This document shows positions 11,585-24,760 of a DNA stretch of 64,000 nucleotides, in pieces (position 1 is the stretch's first letter; each line of letters starts with the position of its first letter). The position numbers and the translations under genes were made by a program. The stretch spans positions 2,790,001 to 2,854,000 of the forward strand of contig JAYWIR010000006.1 of the NCBI GenBank assembly GCA_036172245.1, read 5' to 3'. The notes below the pieces were generated by a model, which had not been told where the DNA came from, searched no databases, and saw only the letters and a program-made list of their open reading frames with translations. This DNA comes from Raillietiella orientalis. Lineage: Eukaryota.

Positions 11585-12429
11585 CCGGCTGTAGGACCCT
11601 TGATGAGGGTCAGCTTTCAGTTCCAGCCAGTCTCCAGGGCATCTGGGTTCCACCAGTGCCTTGATGCTGCTGCACTGGGACCTCCCGTGAAGTGTCCGCT
11701 GGCACCATTGGACATGGACTCGAGATGTGCAAGGTGAGGGGAGCGGGAATCCCTCTCTCACCTCTTAGTGGACTGCGTCGCCCTCCGGTCCCTTTGGAGA
11801 CTCTTTGCTGCGACCCTAGCAACCCTCGGAGGCAACACCAGAGACATTTTAGAGCGCCTCTTCCTGAGCGATCGTCCTCGCGCCGGTCTCATCCCTAGCG
11901 GCACTTTGCTGCCCAAGCGGCGGGACCGTGGCCTCATGGAGCAACGCCAGAGGAGGCCAGGACGACAGGAAAGTCATCTATTTTGCTGCTCTCTTCATGA
12001 GAATCGGTCAAGATGGTCCCATCTGGGAGTCATGAAACAGGAACTTGTGGACATCCTTAAAAGGATGCAGATCAACCCTATAGCACGCAGCGATCCCTTC
12101 CCTAATCCCTCATTTTTTTACTGTATGTTTTTCGTTTTATTTCTTCCCTTTTGGTTTATCTCCCCTCCCCCTGTGCTTCTGAGGCAGTTCCCGGAAGGTT
12201 CCTTCTCGTAGTTATAAATAACTTGTTAGGATCAAACGTCCTGCTAAGGACGTGGATATTTGTTTTTAATAAATAAGCGCCCCGGCTTTACCGGGTATCA
12301 ACCAGTGCCGCAGCCGAATATGCCGGCCTGAGTCAACCTGCGGGGGGCTGATTTCTACGTGGGGATTGGAACCCGCAACGCTTGGAGCCATGTGAAGAGA
12401 CCGCAGCCACCACGGCCGCCAACGCGGGC
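11585..12429 (-). mobile_element. SINE 5' fragment interrupted by a LINE at 11661-12300
   Basis: 11590-11660 aligns to SINE 18372-18440, and 12301-12429 continues into the tRNA-like head. Confidence 0.75.
11661..12300 (+). mobile_element. 5'-truncated LINE (subfamily A1) inserted in a SINE, 9-bp TSD
   Basis: LMLLHW...ESLSHLLVDC...RWSHL...DILKRM. AATAAA at 12268, hairpin at 12281-12295, ends GGTATCA. ACCAGTGCC at 11652-11660 and 12301-12309. Confidence 0.88.
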
Positions 12430-15400
12430 AGTGACCCTTGAAAACAGTCGTGAATATGTGACGGAAAATCCTCAGTTAGTTAATTGCTATTTCATGAACT
12501 GTAATTTACACTATACGTGGCATTCGACATGGAAATTAAGGTGATGTCTCCTAGGGAGATTCAAGGTACACTTCATTTATACAATGTCGCGGGCATTCAG
12601 AATATCGGTATTTTAGTATATGTTATTCAGAATACACCACAATACACTGAAGGAAAACGGCAGCGTAGAAAAATGCAATTCGTGAAAATTATTGAAAAGG
12701 AAATGAAGGGAGGGAGAAAATGTAGCTCATGGTTTCCGATACCTTCGGGCAATATGAGTTCAAAATTACATGACCTGAGAGCGGCATGCCGTAAAAATGA
12801 GGGGACGGTTCGAGGTGGATCCTAGCGAGCTACGAGGGTGGATTCAAAAGAAATGTTCTGGTTCGGTACTTAGCAAAGGTTTGCACAGAGGCAGATCCCC
12901 TGCGGACCGTGTACCGAGGCGTGGGTAACCCCTTTTGGCTGAAATGAACTCCATAGCCCACCGCGAACGAAGCCAGATGTGAGCAGCTTCGCCTTCCACT
13001 CAACGGTCAAACATTCGGAAAGGTGGCGCAGAATGCGGCGAAGCATCTGACGCTCCATGCCTTGGCAGTGCCATTCCAAACGGCGCCTCTCAACCTCTGC
13101 GCAAAAGTGGAAGCAGCTGACTTATGCGAAACCCTGTCTCCGTCTGCTTCGCCCTCTTCCTTCCTTGAGGAATCCGTGGAAACGCGAGCTGCCGAGCTAC
13201 GGTGACAGACAGCAGCGCGAGTGTAAGAGAAATTCAACCTGGGCAAAGAGCGCGCCACCGACACCTGTCAGCGACGATCGCTTCGCTGCTGCTGCCCATT
13301 GCTCCGTCGTCCCCGCTGCTCTTGCCTCCTTCCGGGTGGATGAAGACGAAGCGCTCGCTCTTGGCGTAAGACTGGCAATCCACACGCGAGCGCTGCAAAA
13401 CCCGTAGAGTATCCAACCCACAAAGGGACCAATTCCAAGCAACTTCTTCTCCTTTGGTATTACTGATTGCCCCCGATGAGATCAGTTTAATCAATCATCA
13501 ACCTCCTTTGTCTGTCAGTGCAAACGGGCGCGTTGCATAAGATCACCGGAAATGTGTGGGGAACCTACTCCAGATGAAGAGGGACTACCCAAAATGACAG
13601 AAAGCAGATGGCTTCGCACTGACCCGTCTCGGAAGCACTTAAGAATCGGTTACCGGTGCTCCAGGAGGTCGCTGTTTGCTGTCCTGAACCGCCAGCCGCG
13701 GCTCTGGTGAAAGAGAACAGGACACCGCGAGCGGAGCCAGATGGCGAGGACTGGTTCCCCATTCCGCCTCTAGAGGGACGTCAGCGTCGATCTGCGTTTA
13801 CCTGGTGGGTCTATCGTCGTATCACGCCCAGCATCCGGAAAACGACCGCACAATGAGAGGCCACCTCAAGAAAAAGCAGCCCTTTGTGGAGGTGGTGAAG
13901 AGGCCAGGCTGAAGTATCTCATTTGTCGCTGTTAGCAATGAATCGTCAGTCGAGTTCTGTCGCAGACAAGTCGATTAGACTGGATGAGGGAGAGGGATCC
14001 ATAACAACCCTCTGGGGTGGACCATCATCTCCGTTCGCATCATCCTCTGAGCGAGAGCAGAAGAGTGTCCACCCCACCTGCCTGTTCCTTCGAGAGCACC
14101 TCGGGTGCGTTCAGGAGCGCTCGAGAAAGAAAATGGAGGGACGATCGTCTGCTTTCTTGTCTCCTCGTTCCCTCGGCGCTCGTGCGGTTCTCTGGATCCG
14201 CCGTGTGGAGGACACACGAGGCACAGTGACCCATAATGAAAACTTGGCATACGGCTCCAGCATCCAGATGTGCATGAGAGGTGGCGCGGAACGAGGCAAA
14301 TCTGCCACGCAAGCTCTGCAAGATGCCTGGCAGATTTGTTCGAATTCTGGAGGGGCTACTCCCGAGGGGTTGCGCCAGAACGGCTAAAGAGAGAAGTGGC
14401 GCAGAAATTCCCTGAGGGCCATCTTCGAGAACAGAACGAAGGAGGCGTTCCACTCGTGCCATCTACCGCAACTTGCCGCCTGAGCTGCTCGGAGGCAGGG
14501 AGAGGTGGCCTCGAACCACCTAGTACCGGAAGTCAACCAGGAACTTTCTCATGCGTGGTACTTTGGCAGCAGCGCCGTCCAGCGGCTTCCCGGAGGGAGC
14601 AGAGCAAAAGAGGGAGAGGAAGAAGACCTCCACCCCTCGGCGGCCGAGAGGTGAGGGAGCTTGTTGGCGCCACCACTGCGCGTCCCAAAGTCAGGGGTGG
14701 TAGGAGCCGTCACATGAGCACCCTCCGAACCCCTGGTCGTTTCCTGTGCGTGTTCGCTTTGGTGCTCCCCTCGGGACGGGAGCATGAGGCGACTGGCGCT
14801 CTCTGCTGACCGGGTTGTCCACTGAGAGGAGCAAAAGCACCTCTTGCCTAAAGACAGCGCCTCGGAGAATCGCTCCAGCAGACGCAGGGCGTTCGATTCA
14901 TGGCCGTACTGCCACTCACGACGTTCTTCAGCGACTGATGTTTGCTCTCAGAAACCAGCCGCCGCGGTTCGCCCTCCATCCCCTCAGAGATCGGGACTCC
15001 ATCCCGTGTGCATGTGGAACCAGGGATCGCCTGCATCCTGAGCAGGCAACCAGTGATCGGAAGAAGATGAACCGAGGACTTTTTCTCCCTACCCCCTCTT
15101 CCCTTCCCCGATGCATCCACGTCCGCTCTCGCTTTGGGGTGCGGTCCTCGAACACAGCTGACCTGTGGGGCGGCGTTCTCCTCCGAAACAGACTTTGCTT
15201 TGTCCCAAGTAGGGGTTGCATTCCCGCACAAGCACGTTTATTGTTCCAGAACGCATCTTGCAGTGGCCTTCTCATCCCACATTGCCGTGCCATAGGGAGT
15301 ACGTGAGCCGGCCAGGAACGGAAGGGACCACCCTCACCGGAGGCGAAACCTGGGAGGAGTAGAGGAAGAGGGCGGAGGACCAACTAAGAAACAAATAATC

Positions 15401-16119
15401 GGAGATTGGGATGGACCGACCTCACGGCAGTGAGCGTCGTCTTCGAGGGCCCACGCAGGATGATGAAAAGATGTAAGTGAAAGACTTTCCCGCCGTTCCC
15501 CTGCTCTCCGCATGCAGGCAGTAGCAAGTGGCCCTCCGGGACGACGGTCACGCCCTCCCTTCATCTATCATGAAGGTCACCGCTGCTCGCGCACGGAGGA
15601 GAATCACCGGACAGGAGGCAGCTGCTGGTCCCGGAGAAATAGGCGCCCCTCGATGGAGGTCCTTGGTTGGAAGCACTGGGCAGCGGAATGCTCGCATTCC
15701 TGACCCAGCCGCCCGCGTCCAAGAAGCATGTGCGGCAGTGCACCCTCTATCCCGGAGGTGGGTGCGCTCCTGACCGAAGAAGAGTGGCGTTTGAGGAAGA
15801 TCCCGGTGCCCACAGGTCCGACAAGATAGAGGTCCTCTCACAGCGAAGAGGAAAGATGGGATCCTTAATCTTCCGCTGCGATTGCCAAAGAATTCGTTTC
15901 CCATTCGTGGGCTCTCGTCCAAGTCTTTTGGCGTGGCTGTGCTCTCCAGCCGAATCGTCTTCCATTGCGCGAAGGGCTTGGTGACCTCCGCAAGCCAACA
16001 GATCACCTCCCATGCTATGCCTCCTTCTTATTTAGCCGCTGCAGGTGGGAGGTTCTCGACGTGATTGGGTGGTGAGGAGCGACAGCTCCGTGAAGGGCAT
16101 TGGAGGTGAGGCTCCTCGT

Positions 16120-17200
16120 AGTGTAGAGTAGTGTGGAGTCCGGGCGCCGCCCTCCCTGAGGCAGAACGCCGGAGGACGGTGGTGGTGATAGCCACCAACA
16201 AAGGCATGGCGATTTCTAGACCACGGCTAGGGAGGGTAGTATCCTCCAAGATCGCTGACGCGGCGGTACTCTTCTGTATTTGTCGGGAGGATGCTGAGGA
16301 TGGCAGGAAAGTGCCCTCATCCTTGACAGCTCAAGTCTCGCTCTTGACCTTGTCTGAAGTCGTTTGGTCCATGCTTCCAGATTTTGAATAAACGAATGCG
16401 GTGGTTGCTAAGTGGTTGCCGACCACCTCACCTCTGGTGCTCGGCTGGAGAAGGAAGCGTGGTTGTGCTCGATTTCTTGAGGAGTGGACGCTTGGTGCCC
16501 ACATCTGGATGATCCGAGGCTCTTTCGGTGAGCTCGCGCGCGCTTTCCTCACTGCTGCTGCACCCTTTGGAATCCCTCGGGACCCAGAGACAGCAGATCC
16601 AGGCAGTGAAAGCTGCGGAGCACAAAGACGCGCGAGGTGCGGCGTCGCCCTGCCGGTGTTCAAAGGTGGAAGGACGTCTTGTCCGACACCAGCGGGACCC
16701 TGAGCTGTTGCAGAGAGGACGGGAGGCTGCGAAGGGGGAAAAGAGGATGAATGAGTTCCTCTGAGGAAGGTTGTCGAACCGGGTCCATTCCAACGGAGTA
16801 AAGTGGAGCCTTCCCGGCGACTGGAATCCGTTCTCGGGTCGACTAAAGTCCATTCCCGGTCGACTCCTAAGCACCATTCTCCTCCTCGCGTCGTCATCGG
16901 GAAGAAGTGAGAGTGGAAAGGCTGTGTGAGGATAGCAGCTAAGGTCCATTCTCATCCGAGATAAGACGGAAGAGAGAGATGAGGAGGCTCAACCGCGGAA
17001 CAAGGACGTCATTCCATCCTCAGTGATGCAGCAGCCACAGTAGAAGAGGAGGAGTGAAGATCGAACGGAGAATGCTCTGGGGACTGCGGTCAGCAGGTCC
17101 ACACAAAGGCAGGGAATTCGAGTCGTCTGCAATCAATCCCTTCTGGAGAAGGGGGGGAATGGGAGTAGCTTGTCGTGCCTCGCAAACGTTTTCGGCAACG
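16120..17200 (+). mobile_element. Possible LINE ORF1 remnant
   Basis: Broken frames with an RRM-like stretch (IWMIRGSFGELARAFL...PFG) and CSGDCGQQVH near 17070-17100. Weak similarity to ~1250-1500. Confidence 0.25.
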
Positions 17201-17819
17201 GCTGGGTTGCGTCACAGTAAGGAGGAAGATCCTCCGCTCCCTTCTACTCTTTCCGACTGCCGCCACGCGTGGCTGTCCATCCGTCCTGGACCCTCGTCCG
17301 TTGCTTTATTTTCTCCATCTTCACAGGAAGATGTCCTTTGTCCCGGCTCTTCTGCTCCCTGTTTGCTTCGAGGGAAAGTGTCGAAGGGACTGTGGTTAAG
17401 AGCTCATTGGGGAGACTGGACGGAACAGTCAGGAAAAGGAACTTCGCACCAAGCCTGGGTCTGTCCCTCTGGAAACAAGGAAGCGGCTCTCCCGCCAGCC
17501 ATTTTGGCGGACTCCCCCTCCCTTTTTGAGCCTTTTTGATCGTGTTCTCACTCGCCATCTCCACCCGCAGTCGTGCAGTCACCTGCCGATCTCGCTCCAT
17601 AGAACTCCACAGGTCATCCAGCGAAGTCCACGGGGGTCCTCCTGCCCGCTCATCCGATCCGCGCCCCCGCTAGAGGGGGACAACCCAAGCCTGGGGGTCT
17701 CGCTGGCCTCAGAGGGATTCCGATGGGCGTGCCCCAACAGTCCCGCCTGCTCAGCTCTTCTTTTTCCTCGAATGATGCAAATTTCTGAAGGAAGGGAGGG
17801 AAACTCCCCCGTTTTCCCT

Positions 17820-18614
17820 TCTCTTCTTTCAGCTTTTTTCCATCGGTTATTAGGGAATGCTTAAGAGCCGCTCGCCTCCTTAAGGCGGCGCTCACGAAGC
17901 GCTTCGACGCTGTCCACGCTCCCCGAGGGTACGTGTCACTCTCCAATTTGGAGGGTGACCCCAAAAGGAATCACCCTATGAATCCAGGAAGGCTCCAGAG
18001 GAAGTTCGTTCCTCTTACGCTTTAGGAACTCCGAAGGGAACTTTCTCTCCCTTGCCCTCGAAGGAACCTCAAGGTTTGTGGAGGTCGCTCCTGGTTTCTT
18101 CTCCAGAGGGCACCTGGAAAGGATCCACTCCTGGAATTTCTTTTCAAGAGGGACCTCCCGGAAAAGATCAGTCCCATATTTTCTCCTCTGAAGAGAACTC
18201 GGAAGGGATACTTCCGAATTTTCTCTAGAGGGCCGCTCCTGAAGAGAGCAGTGCGTATTTTGGACACTCTGGAGGTGTCAGTGCACCAGTTCCATGGTAC
18301 GAGATAGAGCGGGTGCCCCCGGGTCCATTCTCACAACCGAAAGGGAACCTGGAAAGATTCCTTGATTCCCTGAAGAATCCCGGAGGGTCAACTTTCAAAT
18401 CCCGGCCAGTCAACGGGGACATCCAGCTTGCACCAGTGCCCCACCCGAAGCCCGTGGACAAACCAGCGTCATTCTTCTGGGGTGGGGTGGGGTGCAGAAC
18501 TCGATACCCACGACGCACCTCTCGTCCTCGGCGTCGATTCTCCACGTGGGGATTCGAACTCTCGACGCTCGGTGCCACGCGCAGGGACCGTAACCACACG
18601 GCCGCCCATGCGGG
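17820..18614 (-). mobile_element. tRNA-derived long SINE-like element, near full length
   Basis: B-box-like GTTCGAATCCC (rev. of ~18549-18559), hairpin-unit body and 3' hairpin. Collinear with the copies at 30.0-30.8 kb and 33.1-33.9 kb. Confidence 0.8.
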
Positions 18615-21600
18615 TACGGCAGGAAACGTGTCCCTTCGGGGGCCCCGTCTTGGAGTTTCGGGTCTCTTCTACTTTTGGCTGCCCTGGGGCTCATCAGAAT
18701 GGAGAACAGGGAACTCCGCGCGGCTGCAGCCCGCGTCTCGGAGAAGCAGAGGAAGGTGTGCTTCCCTGCTCCGGGACACTCCCGCACTGCGTCTGGTCCT
18801 TGTCTGACGGATGTTCTGATCCTGGGCGGAGGCTAGCCCCACGGGGGCAAAGTCAAGCGCGTTCCGAATTGCAGCTTCGTCGCCACGGAGCGGAGAGGAA
18901 CTTTCACGTCTTTCAAGGCCACGAGCGGCGGCTTCCCCGGGAGGAAGAAACGGTCCATTTTTCAGCTTCCAGAAATGTTCGAGCTCCATCTGACAGGTGT
19001 CACGTGCATTATCCATCTTCATCCAGCTGGAACGCAAAGCGGGCGTTTTGGCTGCTAGCAGTGATGTGAGGCCGCTGTTTGTGGGCGCACGAATTCCGTG
19101 GAATACCCCCAAGCCGTCCTGCTCTCGGTTCTTGATGTCTTCTCCGGGCGCGGACGTCGTTTGGCTGTCGAAATTCTCGTCCTTCGGGGGACAACCGCTC
19201 TCGGCTGAGATGGACAACTTGCCCGCTTCTAAAGAACTAACTTCTAGAGAGCCTGCTAAAGAGCGAACTCGTCCGGAAGGGTCAGGGGCGGCAGAACGGA
19301 GCTCAAAAGAGGAAGTGCAGGACCAGACCTGCCGGAGGAGCTCGGTTGCGGCAGCCGAGGGTGAGAAAAGGGGAGGAGCTTTTTCGGATGCTACGGAGGA
19401 ACGTCAATGCGACCGGAAGCCCCTAGCAGGCTGAGGCTTTCTTCGAAACCCAGGAAGCCAGCGGCTGCATGAGAGGTGGCCCAAGAAGGCGCCAGCACAG
19501 CAGCTCCGATGGTCTTTAAGATGGCCTCGAGCTGCGATCAACAGCCGAAAAGGTTTGTCGACAGCTGCTCTGCTTCCTCCCAACCGTTCCATACTCGTCT
19601 AACGTCTCTTCCTCTCTCGATCTCCAGAGCACCAGTGATCGGTTTTCATGAACACGAACATGAACGCATCTCGAGATGCCGTTGCTTCGCCTTATGTGTC
19701 TTTTGCGACGTGCTGCGGGATGCTGCTGGATAGATGGTTGGGAAGACATCCTCCTCCCGCTACAGACTCAGCATCTCTGATGCTAGACTTCAGGATTTCA
19801 GGATTTCTCTGTCGATATCTCCGGAGACAAACAGGAAGATGACGCCGGAATATCCGGATTCCGGGACATCCTGAAAATTCCCTGCATGTGAACCCGCGTG
19901 CTGCGGACGGAAAAGGGAATGAAGGAAGGAGTGTACTCACCCCTTTTCCCGTCTCTGTCTCGATGGGTCGGTCAGACGGATCCCGTTCCCAGGAACGAAA
20001 TGGAATATCCCATCGAGGCGGCCTTCAGAATACAGTCAAAGTGCTGCAGTAAGCCAGCGTTCGAATCCGACTCGGCCTGCATGGCCGCCTGCCGCTGACC
20101 TGGGCGCATGACAACACGTAATCCCAGTGCACAGCCACGAAACACGCGAGTCTGCGCACGCGCCCCTGAGGCTAGCCGCAGAAACCGCCCTTCACACGGG
20201 AACGGAAGCGAGGGAAATAAATAAACCGATAGATGAATTCCGTGGGGAACGTGGCAATCGCGCGAAAAAAGTCTTTCGTTTCTTTTCCACGCTAAGTACT
20301 CAGGAACCGTTCACCTGGGGGCTCTGCTCATAGAGCTCCTTAACGCTGCCCCACGCCACCCAAGGGTGCGCGTCAACTCCTCCAGTCAGTTAGTTCACGG
20401 CTGCCAACGCGGATGTGTGTGGCTGCGGTTTCCTCTTCACCCGACGGGAGTACAAACGGCTTGCGTGGATTCTGGCGCCATCTATACACGGTCGTCGCTC
20501 TCACTCCTGGAATCGGGTACGGATGTACGCATCTCTCGGTGGGCCGACGTTGCAGGGTCGTCCACCTGGAACTGGCTCTCCTCGAACCGCGCACCGGGGT
20601 TCGCTGCAACGACCAGGCTCGAGACGGTTCGGTCGTAAGCAGCTCACACCGCGCCACTGATGTCTACCACTTGTGATCCAAGGAAGGCGTCACAGCATCA
20701 CAATAGGCTGGAAGTTGGATCTTTTCCATCCAGCTCTCAGCTCGGGGATCAGGCGACTCGTGACGTGCTTCTTCTTTACCTGCACTGTTGCCGAGTCGCA
20801 TGAATAATTTCACGATAGCGCCCAACGGACCCCCGCACAGATTCGTGTAGCGCCGCAGCTGCTGCGCATGGGAATGAAAGAAGGCGGAGTGCTTTGTCGT
20901 GATTCACAGGATCCGTCTGTGGCACTTTCCTTGGAAACTCGAGCTCTGCTACCGTTCCCCTGACTGCCATTTGAGGTCAGTCGTTTCCGGTTGGCGCATT
21001 CACTCTCTGCTTCCATGCCCTCTCTCGAGTCCGTTTCCATGGAAGCTCCCCTGTTTTGACGCCTCCTGCTCGGTCCGCGCGTATTATCTTGGCAAAGCCT
21101 TCACTCTCAAACGAGATGGGCGTTTCCAGCATCGGCACAGCTTCCGTCTACTGGGTTCAGCAAGTCCCTTCTCCTCAGATAACTGAAGGTCAAATTTTCC
21201 ATTTTGCCGGCAGTTGTGGTCCATTCAGCGCAAGCGCCTCTGCGTCTGCGTAGCCCAAGGTTGCTCCCCTGAGTGGCTTCCTAGTCTCTGGCATCTTCAT
21301 TAGCAGAATCTCAGGGTCAGAGAAAGGAATCCTTGAACTCGTGAAGAGCTCACTTCCGAGTCGTTCTGATCTGTGTTTGGTGATGTACTCGACCCACTCC
21401 GGCTTGGGTGTACGGTTCGTGGGAAACTCTCTTGTGGTCAAGACACGAAAGAGGATGTTCTCTGGAGGAATTTGGAACGCACTTGAGGTTGAAGAAATCG
21501 TTGCCCCTTAGCATTATCTTGCTTTGCTTACACTTGGCATCCCGGACGGTAGAGCAACCCCTTGAGGCCTCGCAAATGCACGAGCTGATGGGAACGGAAT

Positions 21601-22737
21601 GGCAATGTCCTCAGGCTAAGTACATTCGCGGCAGACTTCTTAAGAAGCCATGTTCTAAAATGGCTCCTGGAAATCTAACGCCGAAGACGGCATCAGTTTG
21701 TGAGTGCTAGGTAAAGGAAAAGCATCAGCAGTGCATAACTGGCTATTCCAGGAAAAAAAGGCAAAACGAAGGCTAAAGATGGCTTCCGAGAGTTGTGGTG
21801 AGCGTGCGGCAGAATTCTCTCGTCCACACACTTGCAGCGCCATGGAGGAATCGGAAGATGGACGCTTCCATCTCTGCTACTTTTTCGGAACCTCATGGTT
21901 GTGCCACTCTTCGGCCTCAGCTTGACAGTACTTCACCCTCCTCGAAGGTCTGAACTTGCCATCCGATCTTCCGCTGTGCTCCAGCAGGGCATTTTGCAGC
22001 ATGCATCACGTCCGGAGATGCGCTCAGCTCTCGGGCAGTGACACGCAGCCGCGTCGACAACAGAACTCGTCCTCGCTGCAGGTGGAGAATGCAAAGTTGG
22101 GTATCAGTCTTTCAGAAAAGACTCGACTTCGCTGTTGCTTCTCTCTCTCCCTCTTCCCCTCCCCCTCCCCTTTTCCTTGCGTTCAGTATGGTTCGTAAGC
22201 GAATGAGTTCCTCGACGGTCTCCATATTCCTTTCCAGTAGCATGGCAAGGGTGAGGACTTTTTTCAGGAAGACTGACCCCAGGAATGCCGCAATGCCGCA
22301 ACTCGATGCACGTCTCAGTTTCTTCGTGGGAGTGGCCCCAGTGGCGAAACTTAATTACGCGTAGATGCACCACGAGAAGGGTTGCCGTTTCGCGAGATGA
22401 CTTCAAAATTTCAGCGTCGGGTTCGGTTTCTGCAACCGTTGACCTCCCGTAGGTGCGGACATCTAGCAGGTGTGTAGCCGTAAAAACCCTGGGGTTGTTT
22501 CGAAGGTCTTGGCGAGGGAAGGTCCGGAGCAGCAGATTTCAAACGGTTTCACCCGACGAGGCGCGGGCTGTTTGCGGAACTTCCATGCATCCGCTCTTTC
22601 GTTCATGGATCAACGCACACTGAAGAAATGGATGTGAAATTCCGGAGGCACTCATCCCGTCGCACTGAGGCACCATCGTGATGACATGGCAACTTCGATC
22701 GTTTCTCGCGCTCAGAGACGGCATTATGAATGTGTGC

Positions 22738-22840
22738 TAGAATTTCTTCTCTGGAGGGAACCTACAAGGGACGCTTCCCAATTTCTCTGGAGGGCACTCC
22801 TTGAAGGGAGCAGCGCACTTCTTACACTCTGGAGAAGAGT
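22738..22840 (-). mobile_element. SINE internal fragment (hairpin units)
   Basis: GGGACGCTTCCCAATTTCTCTGGAGGG...GAAGGGAGCAG matches 33493-33540. Confidence 0.65.
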
Positions 22841-23885
22841 AAGGCATTCAAGGACTCAAGGTTTCCCAAACGTCGAAAAGAGCGCATTGGATTAGATCTC
22901 CCGAATTTCAGATGGCGCAGAAAGACAGCTGCCTTTCACGAAGAGCTCAGACTCCGTGGCGACTTTTCACAATGCGAGTGGGAACGCGGCATCGCCCGTG
23001 GGTGGACGCAAAAGCCGATCCCTGCGATCTTCCCCCTTCTCCCCCCAGAGTCGCTGAATCTCGGAAGCAGCTTCGGCGAACTCGTCCGCGCGGATTCCCC
23101 GGTCTCGTCCACCGTCGGCAACACTCGGAGACCCAGCAGCGACCACGATGTCAAGGGAGTTTCCGGGTTTCCTTCCGGACTGAGAGCTTTCCACATCCTC
23201 CTCGTATCAGGGGACCTTGGGGTCTGAACCTCCCGAGCAAAACCCAGGAGAAGAAGGTATTTCCAAGGAGTGATGTTTGGATGTTTCCAAAAACAGTGTT
23301 TCCAAGGAACATCCTCCTCCGCTCCTGAGCCCAAAGCGAAGGAGGATGTCATACGGTACGGGATGAGTCGTGACTGCTGCGGGGAAAAAACAAGAAAAGA
23401 TGAAGAAATCACTGCAAAGGAGCCAAGAGTGAGCGCCGCCAAAGACCTGAAGAGCAAAAAGACTCTTCACGACGTCCCTAGGAGAATCCTCCTCTCAGGA
23501 ATTCCGCGGCGGCTGCAGCGGGGACGTCGAAACGGGAACGGCGATTTCCTGCGTGCACGCAGAGGCAAGAGAGGAGACGACGGGAACCATGGAAACGCAG
23601 GAAGGGGATCCCAGACGGGATTCCAGATGCAGGATCGAACGCGGAGACACACAACGTGTTCGAAAGATATCGATGCTCGGAAAGGAAAGCCCACGCGAAA
23701 AGCCGAGAATAAGGGCGAGCCGGGGTCCGGAATGCTTCAGCGAATTTCGTGGGCTTTCCTATAGGAGCCTCGGGCGGATAGCGACGGACACGTCGGTGAG
23801 ATCCTGCGATTGGGGTTCGGCCCCTTTAGATCAGTGCTCGCGCAAACAAACGTCTGTTTTTATCAGGCATCCCATCTCATCTTAC

Positions 23886-24203
23886 TATGGATGACGTGCA
23901 GGACCAGGCTGTCCTGAATCCCACTGTACGGCTGGCACGTGTAGTTCCCAGCATCCTCTGATGTCACTTCCTTGAGCAGGAGCAGTCCCACGCTCGTTCG
24001 GTTGGAAAACATCTTCACAAAGATGCTGCTTTGCGTCCTCCAGGTCTGGTCGCTTCCCGAGGAGTTCATCAGCTTCCGGTTTTCCTTATACCACATTATG
24101 TAGGGATCCCTCTCCGTGTAACCCGTTATCCGGCACTTCAGTGTTACCCGGCTGCCGTGGTTCACGAAGAGCTCCCTCCCGTTCAGAATTCTCACCTCCG
24201 GAG
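23886..24203 (-). CDS. dpr: Dpr-family Ig protein exon 4 (Ig2: APEVRILNGRELFVNHGSRVTLKC...IMWYKE...DAGNYTCQP...LVLHVIH)
   Basis: TTTGCAG| acceptor and A|GTAAG donor. 318 nt, phase 1 to 1. Canonical Ig C-W-DxGxYxC pattern and Dpr Ig2-like ends. A further downstream exon (GPI/TM tail) is implied but was not identified. Confidence 0.9.
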
Positions 24204-24389
24204 CTGCAAATAGGCATTTTTACCTGGAGACAGCTGCGACCTCCCCCTGCTGCCACACCGCAGAAGGAAAGCGGAAGGAACTCTCCCGACGTTCGCATTT
24301 CTCCCTAAAGAAACCTATGTGGATATGAGGAGCGCCAGCTGCAGATGCGATCCGCATCTCCCTGCGGCTAGAAGCATGGCGAGGATCGG

Positions 24390-24760
24390 AGAAGCCCGTC
24401 CGAGAGGCTGCGGCCTCCTCGCGCGCGGCGCCGAGAGTCGAGAGTCGCGGGTTCGAATCCCCACGTGGAGGATCGATGCCGAGAACGAGGGGTGCGTCGC
24501 GAGTTTCAAGTTTCCCCCGCAGGATGGCGCTGGTCGGCCTCGGCTGGCTTCGGGTGTGGCACTGGTGGAAGCCGGACGTACCCGTTGAGTGACCACCATT
24601 GGAAGTTGACCCTCCGGGGTCCTGACAGGAATCCAAGAGTGCCGTTTCCCTTCGGGACTCTTTTCCAGTGGTGAAAATGGGACCGTCCCTACCCGATGGG
24701 CGGGGAACCTCCATCGCGTGCCATGGAACTGACTGATACGCCCTAGGGGGGGGTTCCTTT
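24390..24760 (+). mobile_element. SINE, 5' half
   Basis: GCGGGTTCGAATCCCCACGTGGAGGATCGATGCCGAG head and an empty GGCACTGGT site at 24558-24566. Confidence 0.8.

Noticed and set aside
23207..23379. Candidate terminal Dpr exon after a strong polypyrimidine acceptor
   Set aside because: The phase-1 reading gives no hydrophobic GPI/TM tail, so it cannot be supported without transcript data.
24390..24470. GGTTCGAATCCC as a tRNA gene (also ~42605, ~33830 and others)
   Set aside because: Acceptor and anticodon stems are broken and each is followed by the same repeat body, so these are SINE heads.
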